The position numbers and the translations under genes are program-made. A stretch of DNA of 64,000 nt from Curvularia clavata (taxonomy: Eukaryota). This document shows, piece after piece, positions 1 to 11,186 of this stretch (positions are counted from its first letter, which is position 1; each line of letters opens with the position of its first letter). The DNA lies in the NCBI GenBank assembly GCA_023920165.1, contig CP089279.1:2666001-2730000 (forward strand), written 5' to 3'. Under the pieces are notes generated by a model. It ran no database searches. It was not told where the DNA came from and saw nothing but the letters and a program-made list of their open reading frames with translations.

Positions 1-79
1 CCTGGTAGAGAAAGGAAGAGCGCGCGTGCAAATGCTTGTTCGGAATGCCCTTGGTTTTGGGGGCTTTGACTTTGCTCAT
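1..79 (-). CDS. 5' end of an RNase P/MRP subunit Rpr2/Rpp21/Snm1-family gene (runs off the window start)
   Basis: Minus-strand ATG at 79 in good context (CCATCATG) reads MSKVKAPKTKGIPNKHLHARSSFLYQ, matching the NKHLHxRxSYLYQA N-terminal signature I recall for fungal Rpr2/Rpp21 proteins. Too short for the ORF track. Divergent from SUB2. Confidence 0.7.
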   Translation of the reverse strand, partial: MSKVKAPKTKGIPNKHLHARSSFLYQ

Positions 80-589
80 GATGGTATCTTGACTCCCTGA
101 CAAGAAATTACGATGGATATGCTGGCTTCTTGGGGGGACTGTGGCAGGTGTGCTTGTATTTGACGACCCTCTCATATACAAATCGTTCACCTGGGCGCAC
201 GTGCTCGTTTGCACCTCACTGGCGAACGTGCAAAAGGCATCAAAGCCGTTTGGCGTATTGTGGTTCAAAGCCGTCCGTTTGCGGCCTAGCGCAACGCCCA
301 GCCAGGTGTCCCAAGCTTTTTACCTAGACATCACCGCCCAGCGACCGCTCTTCTCCACCGTCAACACCATCACGAACCTCTCCCGCCGCCGAACCTCTCC
401 AGCAGCAGTCGACTCGTGTGCCTGTGAGCCCGCAGCTCAGTTGCTAATTTCTTCTCCTCCTAGTTCTTTCATATAATACTCGCTTCTCCTCTACACTTGC
501 GACACGGCTTTGTTAGCAGCCTTGCTTGCGACACACGCAACCACCAACTCCTTATTATAGCCACACGCATTTAGGACATATAATCCATC

Positions 590-2424
590 ATGTCTCACGA
601 GGAGGATCTCATTGACTACTCCGATGAGGAGATCCAGACCGAGGCGCCCGCCAACGGCGGCGCGTCAAAGGGCGGTCTTGCCGCGGACGCTGCTGGCGAC
701 AAGAAGGGCAGCTACGTCGGCATCCACTCTACCGGTTTCCGCGACTTTTTGCTCAAGGACGAGCTTGTGCGAGCGATTACGGACTGTGGCTTCGAACATC
801 CTTCCGAGGGTTAGTCTAATTATTTCCCCTCAGCCTTCTCAACCTACAAGCGTCCGTCCATCAACGAAACGAGCCATGTCTGTAAAAAAAAGAAAGCGGC
901 CATGGTCTGTCTATACACGAGAGAGTGGCGAGGGACCCAGTGCCTTCCGCTACGTACCAACCTCGACGCACATTGCAAATGTCGTTGCACCGATACATCC
1001 ATCAAGAAACCTAGCGGTGCCTGACGGGCCCGCTCAAATGGTCCTAAGGACTGGTTTCAGCGGAGGAGCGCATGCTGTGGATGCGTAAGAGGAGGCGCTG
1101 ATGGGAGACGGGGAGGATAGACAGACTGGCACGCACGCTAGATGGAGGATCTCGGCTGCGCAAGATGGACGGACGCTTCGATTCCCACGCTTCGTTTCGA
1201 CCGCTTAAGACATATTCTGACATACTTTGTGCCCTACAGTCCAGCAAGTTACCATTCCCCAGGCCATTCTCGGAAACGATGTCCTCTGCCAGGCCAAGTC
1301 CGGTCTCGGAAAGACTGCTGTCTTCGTTCTTGCCACACTCCAACAGATGGAGGAGAAGCCCGAGCCCGGTGTTGCGACCATCCTCGTCATGTGCCACACT
1401 CGTGAGCTGGCGTACCAGATCCGTAACGAATACAACCGATTCGCCAAGTTCCTTCCCGACGTCAAGGTTGGCGTCTTCTACGGAGGAACGCCTGTGCAGA
1501 AGGACATTGAGCTCCTCAGCAACAAGGATACTCACCCTCACGTCATTGTAGGAACACCTGGCCGTATCAACGCTCTGGTTCGCGACAAGCACCTCCGTCT
1601 CGCCAACCTGAAGCACTTTGTCCTCGACGAGTGCGACAAGATGCTTGACCAGCCCGGTGCGTATCAAACTTGAAGTTATCACAACACCCGCTGACATGCT
1701 GCAGATATGCGCAACGATGTCCAGTCCATCTTCCGTGCCACTCCTCAGCACAAGCAGGTCATGATGTTTTCAGCTACCCTTAACAAGGACGTTCGCGTCA
1801 TTTGCAAGAAGTTCATGCAGAACCCACTTGAGATCTACGTCGACGACGAGAAGAAGCTGACGCTGCACGGTCTGCAGCAATACTACATCAAGCTGGACGA
1901 GAAGGAGAAGAACCGCAAGCTTAACGATCTGCTTGATAACCTCGAGTTCAACCAGGTCATTATCTTTGTGCGCTCGACGCTGCGCTGCTCGGAGCTCGAC
2001 AAGCTCCTCCGCGAGTGCAACTTCCCCAGCACTGCTGTCCACTCTGGTATCAGCCAAGAAGAGCGGTATGTTTGGAGTAACCCATAGCCAAGAGGCTCAA
2101 TACTAACAACAGCACAGTATCAAGCGCTACAAGGAGTTCAAGGAGTTCCAAACACGTATCTGTGTCTCAACCGACATTTTCGGACGTGGTATCGATGTTG
2201 AGCGCATCAACGTAGCCATCAACTACGACATGCCCGACGCAGCCGACGCCTACCTCCACCGTGTCGGTCGTGCCGGTCGTTTCGGAACAAAGGGTCTCAG
2301 TATCTCGTTTGTCAGCAGCCCTGAAGACGAGACTGTCCTCAAGTCCATCGAGGAGCGCTTCCAGGTCTCGCTCCCCGAGTTCCCAGAGGACGGCGTCAAC
2401 TCTGCCTCGTACATGGACAACTAA
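590..2424 (+). CDS. SUB2: DECD-box ATP-dependent RNA helicase Sub2/UAP56
   Basis: Exons 590-809, 1240-1656, 1705-2065 and 2118-2424, joined by GT-AG introns with CTGAC/CTAAC branch points. Motifs: [26 protein letters not shown] (Q motif across intron 1), [32 protein letters not shown]. Confidence 0.98.
810..1239 (+). other. Long, highly structured intron 1 of SUB2 (candidate cis-regulatory RNA)
   Basis: 430 nt, versus about 45-105 nt for the other introns modelled here. Perfect 15-bp complement 848-862/1164-1178 plus further nested helices (see findings). Confidence 0.75.
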
Positions 2425-5400
2425 ATCATGGGCAATTGGCGGATGGGGGATTTTTTTTTTCTTTCTTCTCTTCAAGCTTGCGAGACAATGGAAAAAACAA
2501 AAAGGAAGATATTTCTTGTCTGAACCCCTAAATAAAAAAACGAAGATGCCGTCATGTATGAATGTGTCTTGGAGTCGAAAAGCAGAAATCAAGGCGAGAG
2601 AATATGTAACGGCCCCCATGCGTGTGCACTGGCTTGGTATGAGTCTTTTTTTTCAAACGAAGAATAGTTATGTGGAGGGGAGCATTCTAGGGACTTTTTT
2701 GTCTCATTTGCAGAGAGGAGTGAAAGAAATTGAAATAACATCTCCTCGTATTCCGCGGCCAGTGGGCTGACGTCATGGTGGTGCTTGTTTTGGTGATTTA
2801 TCTTGGCGGTTTTTGTGCATGTGTTGTGAATTGTTTTATGGGGAGTAGGGAGAGAAAGCGCGTGTCTTTTCTGCGTATGAGTGTAGCTTGTTTGTTGTTA
2901 TGCGGCGCCCTTTGTGGGAGTTTTTTTTCCCTCTAAAATAAAAAGACTGTAACTATTTTCTGCTCTGTTTTTGGAACCATTTTATCGCTCTTTTTTAACC
3001 ATGATTGCTGTTTGGCATTTCACCTTCCAAAAGAGTATCACGTCCAACATTGGACGTTATGCGCCATAGCCGTATGGCGAGTGATAAGCTCCAAGTCGAC
3101 TGCCGTGCCTCGTGGGCGCATGGATAGATGCAAATGAGACAGACTTCTTATCTTTGGCGCTCCATCAAAGCTAAGCCACTGGTTCATGGAGATAGGACCC
3201 CTCACGCGTTCTATAACAACGGCATTTATAGCTTACCAATTCATCCCCAATGTGAAGACAGGGTACTGCTGTGTAGAGCTTATTGGCATGCAGGGCAGAA
3301 AAACCAAATAGTTGTTTCGGCGTGCCAATAAGCGCGTGTAAGAAAAGGACATTACAAGGGGGCAGTGCTAACAGCAAGAAAGTTGGCGGGATGCCTGCTA
3401 GCAACTCATTTCGCTTCTGCACGCGCATTTCTTGTGTGAAGGAGAGTGCTACGTCGTGCGTCTGGGCCTGTCAGCACACAATGGCAGAGTTGACATTGCG
3501 ATATAGTTTCGGAGGAGCGCGGAGGGCGAGAAGATGGCGACTATGGTAAGCGAAAGCGGAACATCCGCGGAAGCCGTGTGTAAAGCCTGAGTGGTGAGTG
3601 CGGCAATGTTAGAGTTCATGTAGGCAAGGACTTGTTGGAATGGGAGTTTTTGTCCATATTGCAAATATTTAACCGGAGAGAGACCGCACATGAGGATTCG
3701 GACGCAAGCGCAAGGGGAGGTGTGATGAGGCGAAAGACACTCCCTCCGTCTTTGTGTGTGTTTGACGATATTTCTTGTGGACGGTTCCCACGCCCACGCT
3801 CACGCCCACGCCGACCCAAAAGCTCGGGGCTGAGGAGTCGGGTTGCGAAGCATGTAATCTCCACCAAGTGCCGATTACATGTCGATGACTTCTTCGCAAG
3901 GCGGGCGCCATGATGTGAATGATGTGAAGATCGACGACGGCAAGCCCACCTCCCTGGTCCGGCAGCCACACACGTTGCCGGTTGCTGGTTGCGGCGGCGC
4001 CACCTGTCAGGAACCAGACTGAGGTGACTCGCTTGGTAGTGGGGGCAGCCGTCCGCCGAGGAGCATGAGGTAAGGAGCCGGAAGGGGCTTAGCGAGGTAC
4101 CAAAGGAGAAAGCATGGGCATCCAAGTAGGCTCAGGACAAGGCCATGCGTGTTTTGTGATTCGAAGGCGCATCGAAGAAGTGGCACCGCTTGTATGCTTT
4201 GGAGAGTCCAAGGCGAGCAGAATGCTTGGCAGGCCGACGTGGCAGTCATGCGGCGTTGCCCTGTAGACGCGAGATTCAGAAGCGGATGCGCAGTGATGGG
4301 CAATGTGCAGGTTTCTATTCCGAGATTGCAATGCTCATTTCCTCTGCCATGCTGTGCGATGGCGTTGGCGTTAGCGTGCGAAAGTGTAATTGCTGTGGGG
4401 GCAATGGCACCCGAAAACCTCCTTGTTCCCTGTGCATATCGCGTGTGCTATGGGAGCGGGCAAACAGCCGTTTGATGCTAGACGCTGGCGCTGGTGCCTG
4501 GAGGAGCGGCTTGAGGGCGGCTTTTGAGACGGCTAGCAAAACTTGTTTGACGGGATCAAAGAACATGTTTGTTGGTCCATTGGCCCGGCTCCCGGCTGCA
4601 CGTACACCTGGTACATGTAGTATGTACATACATACACATGGATGGTAGATACGAATACGAGAGGCGTTACCCCATGTCGACGCGCGGATAGCCGTTGTTT
4701 AAGGCTTGCGCTTCCTGGCCGTCGTCCGACACGGTTTGGCCGAGCAGTGTATTGGCAGGTCACGCAAGATTCGGAGTAGAGGCTAGAGCTGTCCAAAGAC
4801 CTCTTCTGCCTCGCCACTAGCAGGCAAGCGAGATCTCGATGGTAGTGGGCCTAAGGCCGGACGATATGGACAGGGGGTGCGAGGAAGTGGACTTGCAGAC
4901 AGGCGACATTTGCAGCCAGAGGCAGCGGTGTCGGGAGTTGTCGAGAGAGTGGGTAATTGATAGTCTACTAGGGCTGCGCGTCGGGAGCCTTTGAGGGGTG
5001 CCCAAGGCGGTGCGTGGTTGAGGGAGCTGTGCGCGCCCGTCTTGGCAACATGTCCTATCAGGGGACGATCGCTGCACCTCACCCAAGGCGGACCCGACAA
5101 GCCAGACACGGCGGCAGCCATGTAAATACAGACAGCGACGTGTGCTGGCACATTGGCCCGACCGTCGTGCTGGCTGCCATGGGATGATTTTGTAGTAGTA
5201 GGTGCAGAAGCGGCTCGGATGCGGGAAGGCATCGGAGCCGTGCGTTGTGTGCTGGCCATGGGCGTGGCCAGGAATCAAGCAAGGCCATGGCCTGCCATGG
5301 CCGCCAAAGTCGGGGCGGCGTGCGGCCGTTATGAAGGTCCGCAGCGGGCATGTAAGCGGCAGACAAGAGACTGATTGAGAAGAAAAGCAATCTGCAGGGC

Positions 5401-6093
5401 TACTTATGGGCAGTGTGCGTGGGAGGCAGCGCAGAGCGCCCTTTTTGGGAAGCTCTTGTTTTTTTAACAGCGTCGAGGGGATCCAGGCAACCGTTGGGAG
5501 AGGACGGGCAGGCAGGCAGGCGGGCGGGCGTGACAGCGGTTGCACGGGTCGCAGTTGGACGGACTTGGTGGGCGTTGGGACGGAAGGGCTTGGCCGACGC
5601 AGATGCGAACGTCGACGTCAGACGCACGAGCCATGGGCGCGCGCTAGCTGGCTTGGGCCTAGGGCGCTGCCCGCCTGGTGCTGACGCCTTGGGGGGAGGG
5701 GGCAGATAGGATAAGATGCCATGGCCTGCAATGAAACGGACGGCGGCCACGAGTCGCTCGTGCTCGGCGCTGCGGCATTGCGAGCGCAGGCCAGATAAAT
5801 AAATGTACGTCCGGCGGCAGGGCGGTCGGGAGCACAGCAGCCAGGGCGGCGGTGCAGGCGCAAGCGGGCGCCTCAAATGTGCGTGTCGCAAGTGGGCCGG
5901 CGAGCAGCTTGGAGCAGAGCAAGACCAAGTCCAAGGAGAAGCGGATCTCCATTGCTTGGAGCGGTCGTGGTCGGGGTGCCGCGCAAGCGTAGGGAATAGA
6001 CTGTTCGGCGCCGATCCAATCCAGTCCAATCCAGTGAGAGGGAGCTGCGCTGCCTGTGGCGCCATGCCATGGTCGACGAATGCATGTGCATCT

Positions 6094-6128
6094 GCGACTG
6101 CTAACTGCGACTGCTAACTGCTACTGCT
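6094..6128. repeat. Short tandem repeat (TGCGACTGCTAAC)x2 plus degenerate copies
   Basis: tgcgactgctaac tgcgactgctaac tgctactgc read directly. Confidence 0.8.
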
Positions 6129-6993
6129 GATGCGCCTGCGTATGCCTGCAGACGCGTGCGCATCCTGTATCCCTCTCTCTCTGTAGAGTATTGCGGCACC
6201 AGAGAGACAAGACGACGCGTCGTCGCTGCTGTTACCGCCGCCGTCGCAAGACATGGCGCCACGGCAGCGCATGTGCCTCTTTTTTTATCAAGCAAAAACA
6301 ATGACGATACACAGCACGGCCCCGCCCATAATAAATCAGCCAGGCCATGCACCTCGCGGCCACTGCGAGCGATAAGTCCAAAAGCATGCTAGCGCCTCCC
6401 AGTCGAGCCTGTGGGCGGAATATCAAGCAATGCTCGCGGGCCTGGCAGTGCAGAGCCCTTGCTGACCTCAAGCTCGCTGTGCGCTTCTTCGTCCGCCCAC
6501 CAGCCTGCCCCCGTCCTACAAACACCCTCCCTTGCTCGTCCTCTTTGCTTTAACCTTTGCGCTGCCCGCTCCCGCTCGCTTTTGCCTGCCGCGGATCCCG
6601 AGTGAAGCATCTCCTCGATTGATTGCTCGCTCCATTGCAACCACCAGCGGTTCCTTCCCACGCCGCTGCCGCACTCACCTTCGCCCTCGCCCTCGCCATC
6701 TCCGACCCTCACGACCCCAGCGTCCGTCCTGCCTACCCTCTCTTCCTCTCCATTCCTCTCTTATGACCCGGCCCGAGTCCTCTTCGTGATTCGCCTCACC
6801 CTCTCTTGCGCGCTCCTCTGCACACTCGTTTCCCTTAGCCTATCTTAATCGATAATTCCCTCCGCTGCCACTGTCTGGCTCTGCTCTGCAATCGCCATCC
6901 AACCAAGCGCCACCAACTTTTGGCTCCTCTCCCACAGCACCTCTCGCTGTTCTCCTCACACCCTATCCACCCGCCACTCGCAGCCACCTCGAT

Positions 6994-9550
6994 ATGCCTC
7001 CAGCTGTCCCACGGTTACGCATTCTCTCAGGTGCGTCATCATCCCACGGCCCTTGGCCTTGTACCTATTCGCTCCCTCACCGGCGATTTGTGCATCGCCT
7101 GCGTCCTTCAATTGACTCTTACTGACACTCGGCAGTTGGCGGCAACGCCGTTTCAGCTTTCTTGTCGTGGCGTCTCCAAGCCACCAATGCCTGCGACGTC
7201 ACCCTTGTATGGAAATCGGGATTCGACAGCGTCGCCCAATACGGCATCACATTCAAGTCCGTACTACCATCTCGAATCTGCCACTATTCGATTACTGACA
7301 TGTTTTGCTCTAGATCTGCACTTTACGGCAATGAGCGGTTCAAGCCTCATGCTGGTATGTATCCTACACAGTCTCTGCAGCTCGGGCTTGCGAACTAACG
7401 CCCACCACAGTCGTCCGCACACCCGAAGATGCCGCACATTCTTCCAAGCAGCCTTTCGACTACGTGCTCCTCTGCGTAAAGGCCCTCCCCGATGTATACG
7501 ATATCGCCAATATCATCGAATCAGTCGTTTCTCCTCAGCACACCTGCATCCTTATGAACACAACACACAGCCTGGGTGTCGAATCATATCTCGAGCAGCG
7601 TTTCCCAACAAACGTTGTGCTTTCATTGGTGTCCGGAGCAGAGATTTCACAGCTGGGTCCCAGCGAGTTTGAGCACAAGGGCGCAACAGACATTTGGGTC
7701 GGTCCCGCCAACAAAAATGCAAACATTCCACCACAGATCCAATCGGATATGGCCGAGGCCCTTGCCATGACTTTGAGCTCCGGCCAGGTCAACTGCAAGG
7801 TCTCCCAGAACATTCGGCAGCAGCAATACGAGCGAATGATTGGGTAAACCCCTCGTCTCTCCTACTACATTACATGCACTAACTAACATGATACAGCCCA
7901 ATCGCGTTCCACCCCGCCAGCGTGTTATTCGAGACACCTAGCCATGCAGAGTTGATAGAAAAGGTTGGCGTCCGACCTCTGGTAAATGGCGTCATGGACG
8001 AGATGCTTGCACTCGCACAGGCGTCAGAGTGCTCTTTCCCCGCCGATTTTCGAGAAAAGACATTCCAAGAAATGCTCCGTCCTCAGGAGCACAACAGCAC
8101 AATGTGGCTCGATTTTGAGGCCAGGCGGCCCATGGAGATTGAGAACTACCTCGGTGCCCCCCTGAAGCTTGCCCAAGAAGCCGGTGTCGCAGTCCCGCGA
8201 ATCGAGACGCTGTACGCGACCCTCCATCATATCAACATTGCAAACCGAAACCGTCCAGCAGCAGGCGCTGTTCCCCCCATGCAGCCACCCCAAAACGGTA
8301 CCCAACCGCCACCAAGGATGTCTTCCGCCCCATTGCCGCGAGGACCTCCTTCTCAAGGCTCAATGATGAATGGAAACGGCCCAATGAAGGGTGGTCCTCG
8401 TCCAGGCAGTCGTGCTCCATCTGTCAATGGTGGACCTCCCCCTATGATGCGTCGTGGGCCCCCTCCAGGCCCCAACGGCTATCCTCCAAGGATGAATGGT
8501 CCCCCAAACGGACAGCGCCGTCCTTCGCTTGAAGGCGACGGAAATCTGGAAGAATTCTCTCACCTCATGCTTTACGACGACATGGTCCCCGATGGCCCCA
8601 GCGGCGGACCTTATGAAAGCGCTGGCAGCTCATCCAACAATCTGTCCCTTCGAGAACGAGAGCTGATGCTGAGACAGCGGGAATTGCAAATCCGGGAGCA
8701 GGAGATGAATATGCGACGTGGACCTGGCGGTCCCATGGGTCGTAATGGTCCCCCGGGTCCAATGGGTCGAGGAAGGCCCCCGCCAGCTCCTTCAATGGCC
8801 GGGTTCGACGAAGATGACGAAGATGGCGAAGACTTCTTTGACCCCATGGGAGGCCGACCGATGATCGACCCCGACAACTTTGATATGATGAGCGTTACAT
8901 CGCGCCGCAACCGCTCAGCACCCAACGCCAAGCAGATTCGCCAAAACCCAGAAGGCGCAGGCTACGGTCCTCCAGCTAGGGGACCGCGGAATCCCTTCTC
9001 GCGCCCAGGCATGAACAAGAATCGGAGTAGTGCTCGGCTAATGGCAGATGTCCCAGGTCTTCATGACTCGATAATGAACAACCCGCTCATGGGCTACTCG
9101 TCAGACCGCTACGGACAGGTCGATCGCAGTGCTATTGGTGCACAGTCGAGAACCAACTCACTGACATCTGCCCGTCTAGACGACCTCTCAGGTGGCGCCG
9201 GCTACGGTGCTTATCCCGCCCCCAACGGTCGTCGAGTGAGCCAGTCACCAGGCAACGCTCTGAGCCCTGGGCCCAGGCCCGGCGGCCGACCGTCACCTCC
9301 CAATGGGTATGCTCCCAACGGCATGCCACCCAATGGAAGACCGTCGCCTCCCGGTATGAACCAGCCAGGAGTGCCGCAACATGTTGAGCAGCACGCTGGG
9401 GTGAGCAATCTCTACCCGCCCAAGTCCCGTCCCCAAGTTCGCAGTCTGACTGGAAGCGCTTCCAACAGTAGCGCGGCTCTAGATTCTGAAAACTCTGCGC
9501 ACAGCAGCCAAAGTAGCCTAGGACCCCGTCCTCCGGTTGGTGTTCGGTGA
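6994..9550 (+). CDS. Ketopantoate-reductase (ApbA/PanE)-fold protein with long Pro/Gly-rich C-terminal tail, Svl3/Pam1/mug72-like
   Basis: Exons 6994-7030, 7136-7256, 7314-7354, 7411-7843 and 7897-9550. N-terminus MPPAVPRLRILSVGGNAVSAFLSWRLQ (Rossmann-like), FDYVLLCVKA, STMWLDFEARRPMEIE (ApbA_C-like). Confidence 0.85.
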
Positions 9551-11186
9551 AGGAGGCAACGTGCCGACTTTGATGCGGTGGTCGTTGGCTTTGAGCATGT
9601 TGGGATTGGGCACCGTTTGGCTGCTTTGGCGAAACCATGCACAGCGTTGGCGACCGCCACTTCCTCATTGGACCACCCCCGTTGCGCAGCACTCTAGGCG
9701 GCGGCATCTTCTTTTCTTTCCTTGTCCATGGATTTTTTCTTCAAACACATTGGCACAGCAAAATGGTTACTAAAGGACCGAGCGAGCCCAATGAGCCCGT
9801 TGGGGTCCGAGCAGCATTATGAACCGAGCCAGGGCTTTGGCAAAAACGCGGATATTTAATGACGAATAGAAATGGGTGGGAAAGGGGCACACTTTGACGC
9901 AAACAGACGGGCTGGTTATGGCCACTCTCAAGACTGCTGTCTTTGGGAATTTTCTCTTTTGTCGCTACCGTACATACTTGTAGATGGTTTTCTTTCTTGC
10001 AGCGTCAGTACCAGCCTTTCCTTGTCGTTTTTCTCCCTTTCTACATATGGGTCAGCAGCCGGGGCAGCCCTCTAATCATGTTTTCCTTGTCTTGCATGGG
10101 TTTTATGGTCAGCGGAGGGTCGGTGTTTACTCGTGCCACTTGTTTGCTATACTACGGAGTTTTCGATACATTGCACATGGATTTAGCTGCTTGTAATTCC
10201 GTGGCAGTCATGTTTACCTTTGTGCCTGGAGGGCCTTGATCTATTCCCGAACAGCGAGTACATGGTTACTGTGGTGGTGGTGGTGGTGGTAGTAGTTGGC
10301 CTGATGGCATACACAAGGTGTCTCTTTTGTCTTGCTTTCTTCTTCTTCTTGTTCCCTTCTCTACAGCGGCGGGATTGGAGGGGCATTATCATAGCGCAGT
10401 ACAAAAAAGCTAACGAAGCGTTTTCCTTGTCTGAGGGATGAGCCTGTGGCGTGAAAAGCAAAGTATTCGCATGTTGGTTGAGGCCGGAGCACTCGAGCAT
10501 CACGTGTTGCTCGGAGGTGCAGAGCATACATGGCACCGACATGCAGCAGCCGCTTGCCCCAAAACGCGCGCTGGGTGCTGGGCTTCACAAATGCCATCGG
10601 CTGCATGTCCCGTCTCTGTCGCTAGCGTAACGTGGCATGCAGAGGTCTGCCCGCAAGGCCGCGGCGCGGATGACCCTGCTACCACAGTTCCGTCTTTCGA
10701 CCAATGACCTGATACTGAAGTGATGTTGTCCTGTCTCTCATAGTATGCAAGGTAGGAGGTACATGCATGCTCATTGAACGCCCAAGCTCGCCTGCCCCTC
10801 GTTCTCCGTCATAGCCGCAAAAAGGCGGGGCTGCCGGAATGAGCACCAGCAGCAATAGCACCACCTCCAGCTGGAGCAGCAGCCCAACTAAAGGCACGCG
10901 CCCATCCCAGCCCCCAAGCCAGCGTCAGCAGCCTGCTCGGCCAGAAAATACTTCAAGACCTCTGGTGACCCACACGGTAGCCGCTGTCCTTGTTCTCCTA
11001 CTAGCGCTTGGTACCGGTTTCTTTGCACCCCACCTGCCATACGCCATAGTGCGCTTCCTCAGCAGAGAACAAGTACCTGGCATAACCCTCCGGAGCCCCA
11101 TTGTCTTCCAAGATCCTCCCGTCTGCCCCAAGCCCGAGCAGCACGTCGAATTCGTTGGCACCTTCAACAGAAACCACAAGCGCAGC

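Noticed and set aside
816..833. CTAAT...CCCCTCAG acceptor just after the SUB2 intron donor
   Set aside because: It would define a 24-nt intron, too short for spliceosomal removal.
810..1239. snoRNA hosted in the SUB2 intron (vertebrate DDX39B hosts snoRNAs)
   Set aside because: No RTGATGA box C with a terminal stem and no clear H/ACA two-hairpin layout; an Rfam scan is still needed to exclude it.
1044..1751. Long antisense ORFs over SUB2, GLK1 (12203-12910), the MFS gene (29059-29874) and prpD (45007-45525), and alternative-frame ORFs over LAS17
   Set aside because: Shadow ORFs expected from GC3-biased codon usage of the real genes; no motifs.
10271..10295. Microsatellites (GTG)n here, (GGCA)n near 5506, (TAG/CAG)n near 52258 and (GTGAG)n near 52440
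   Set aside because: Ordinary short simple repeats in UTR or intergenic DNA; not spacer-containing arrays.
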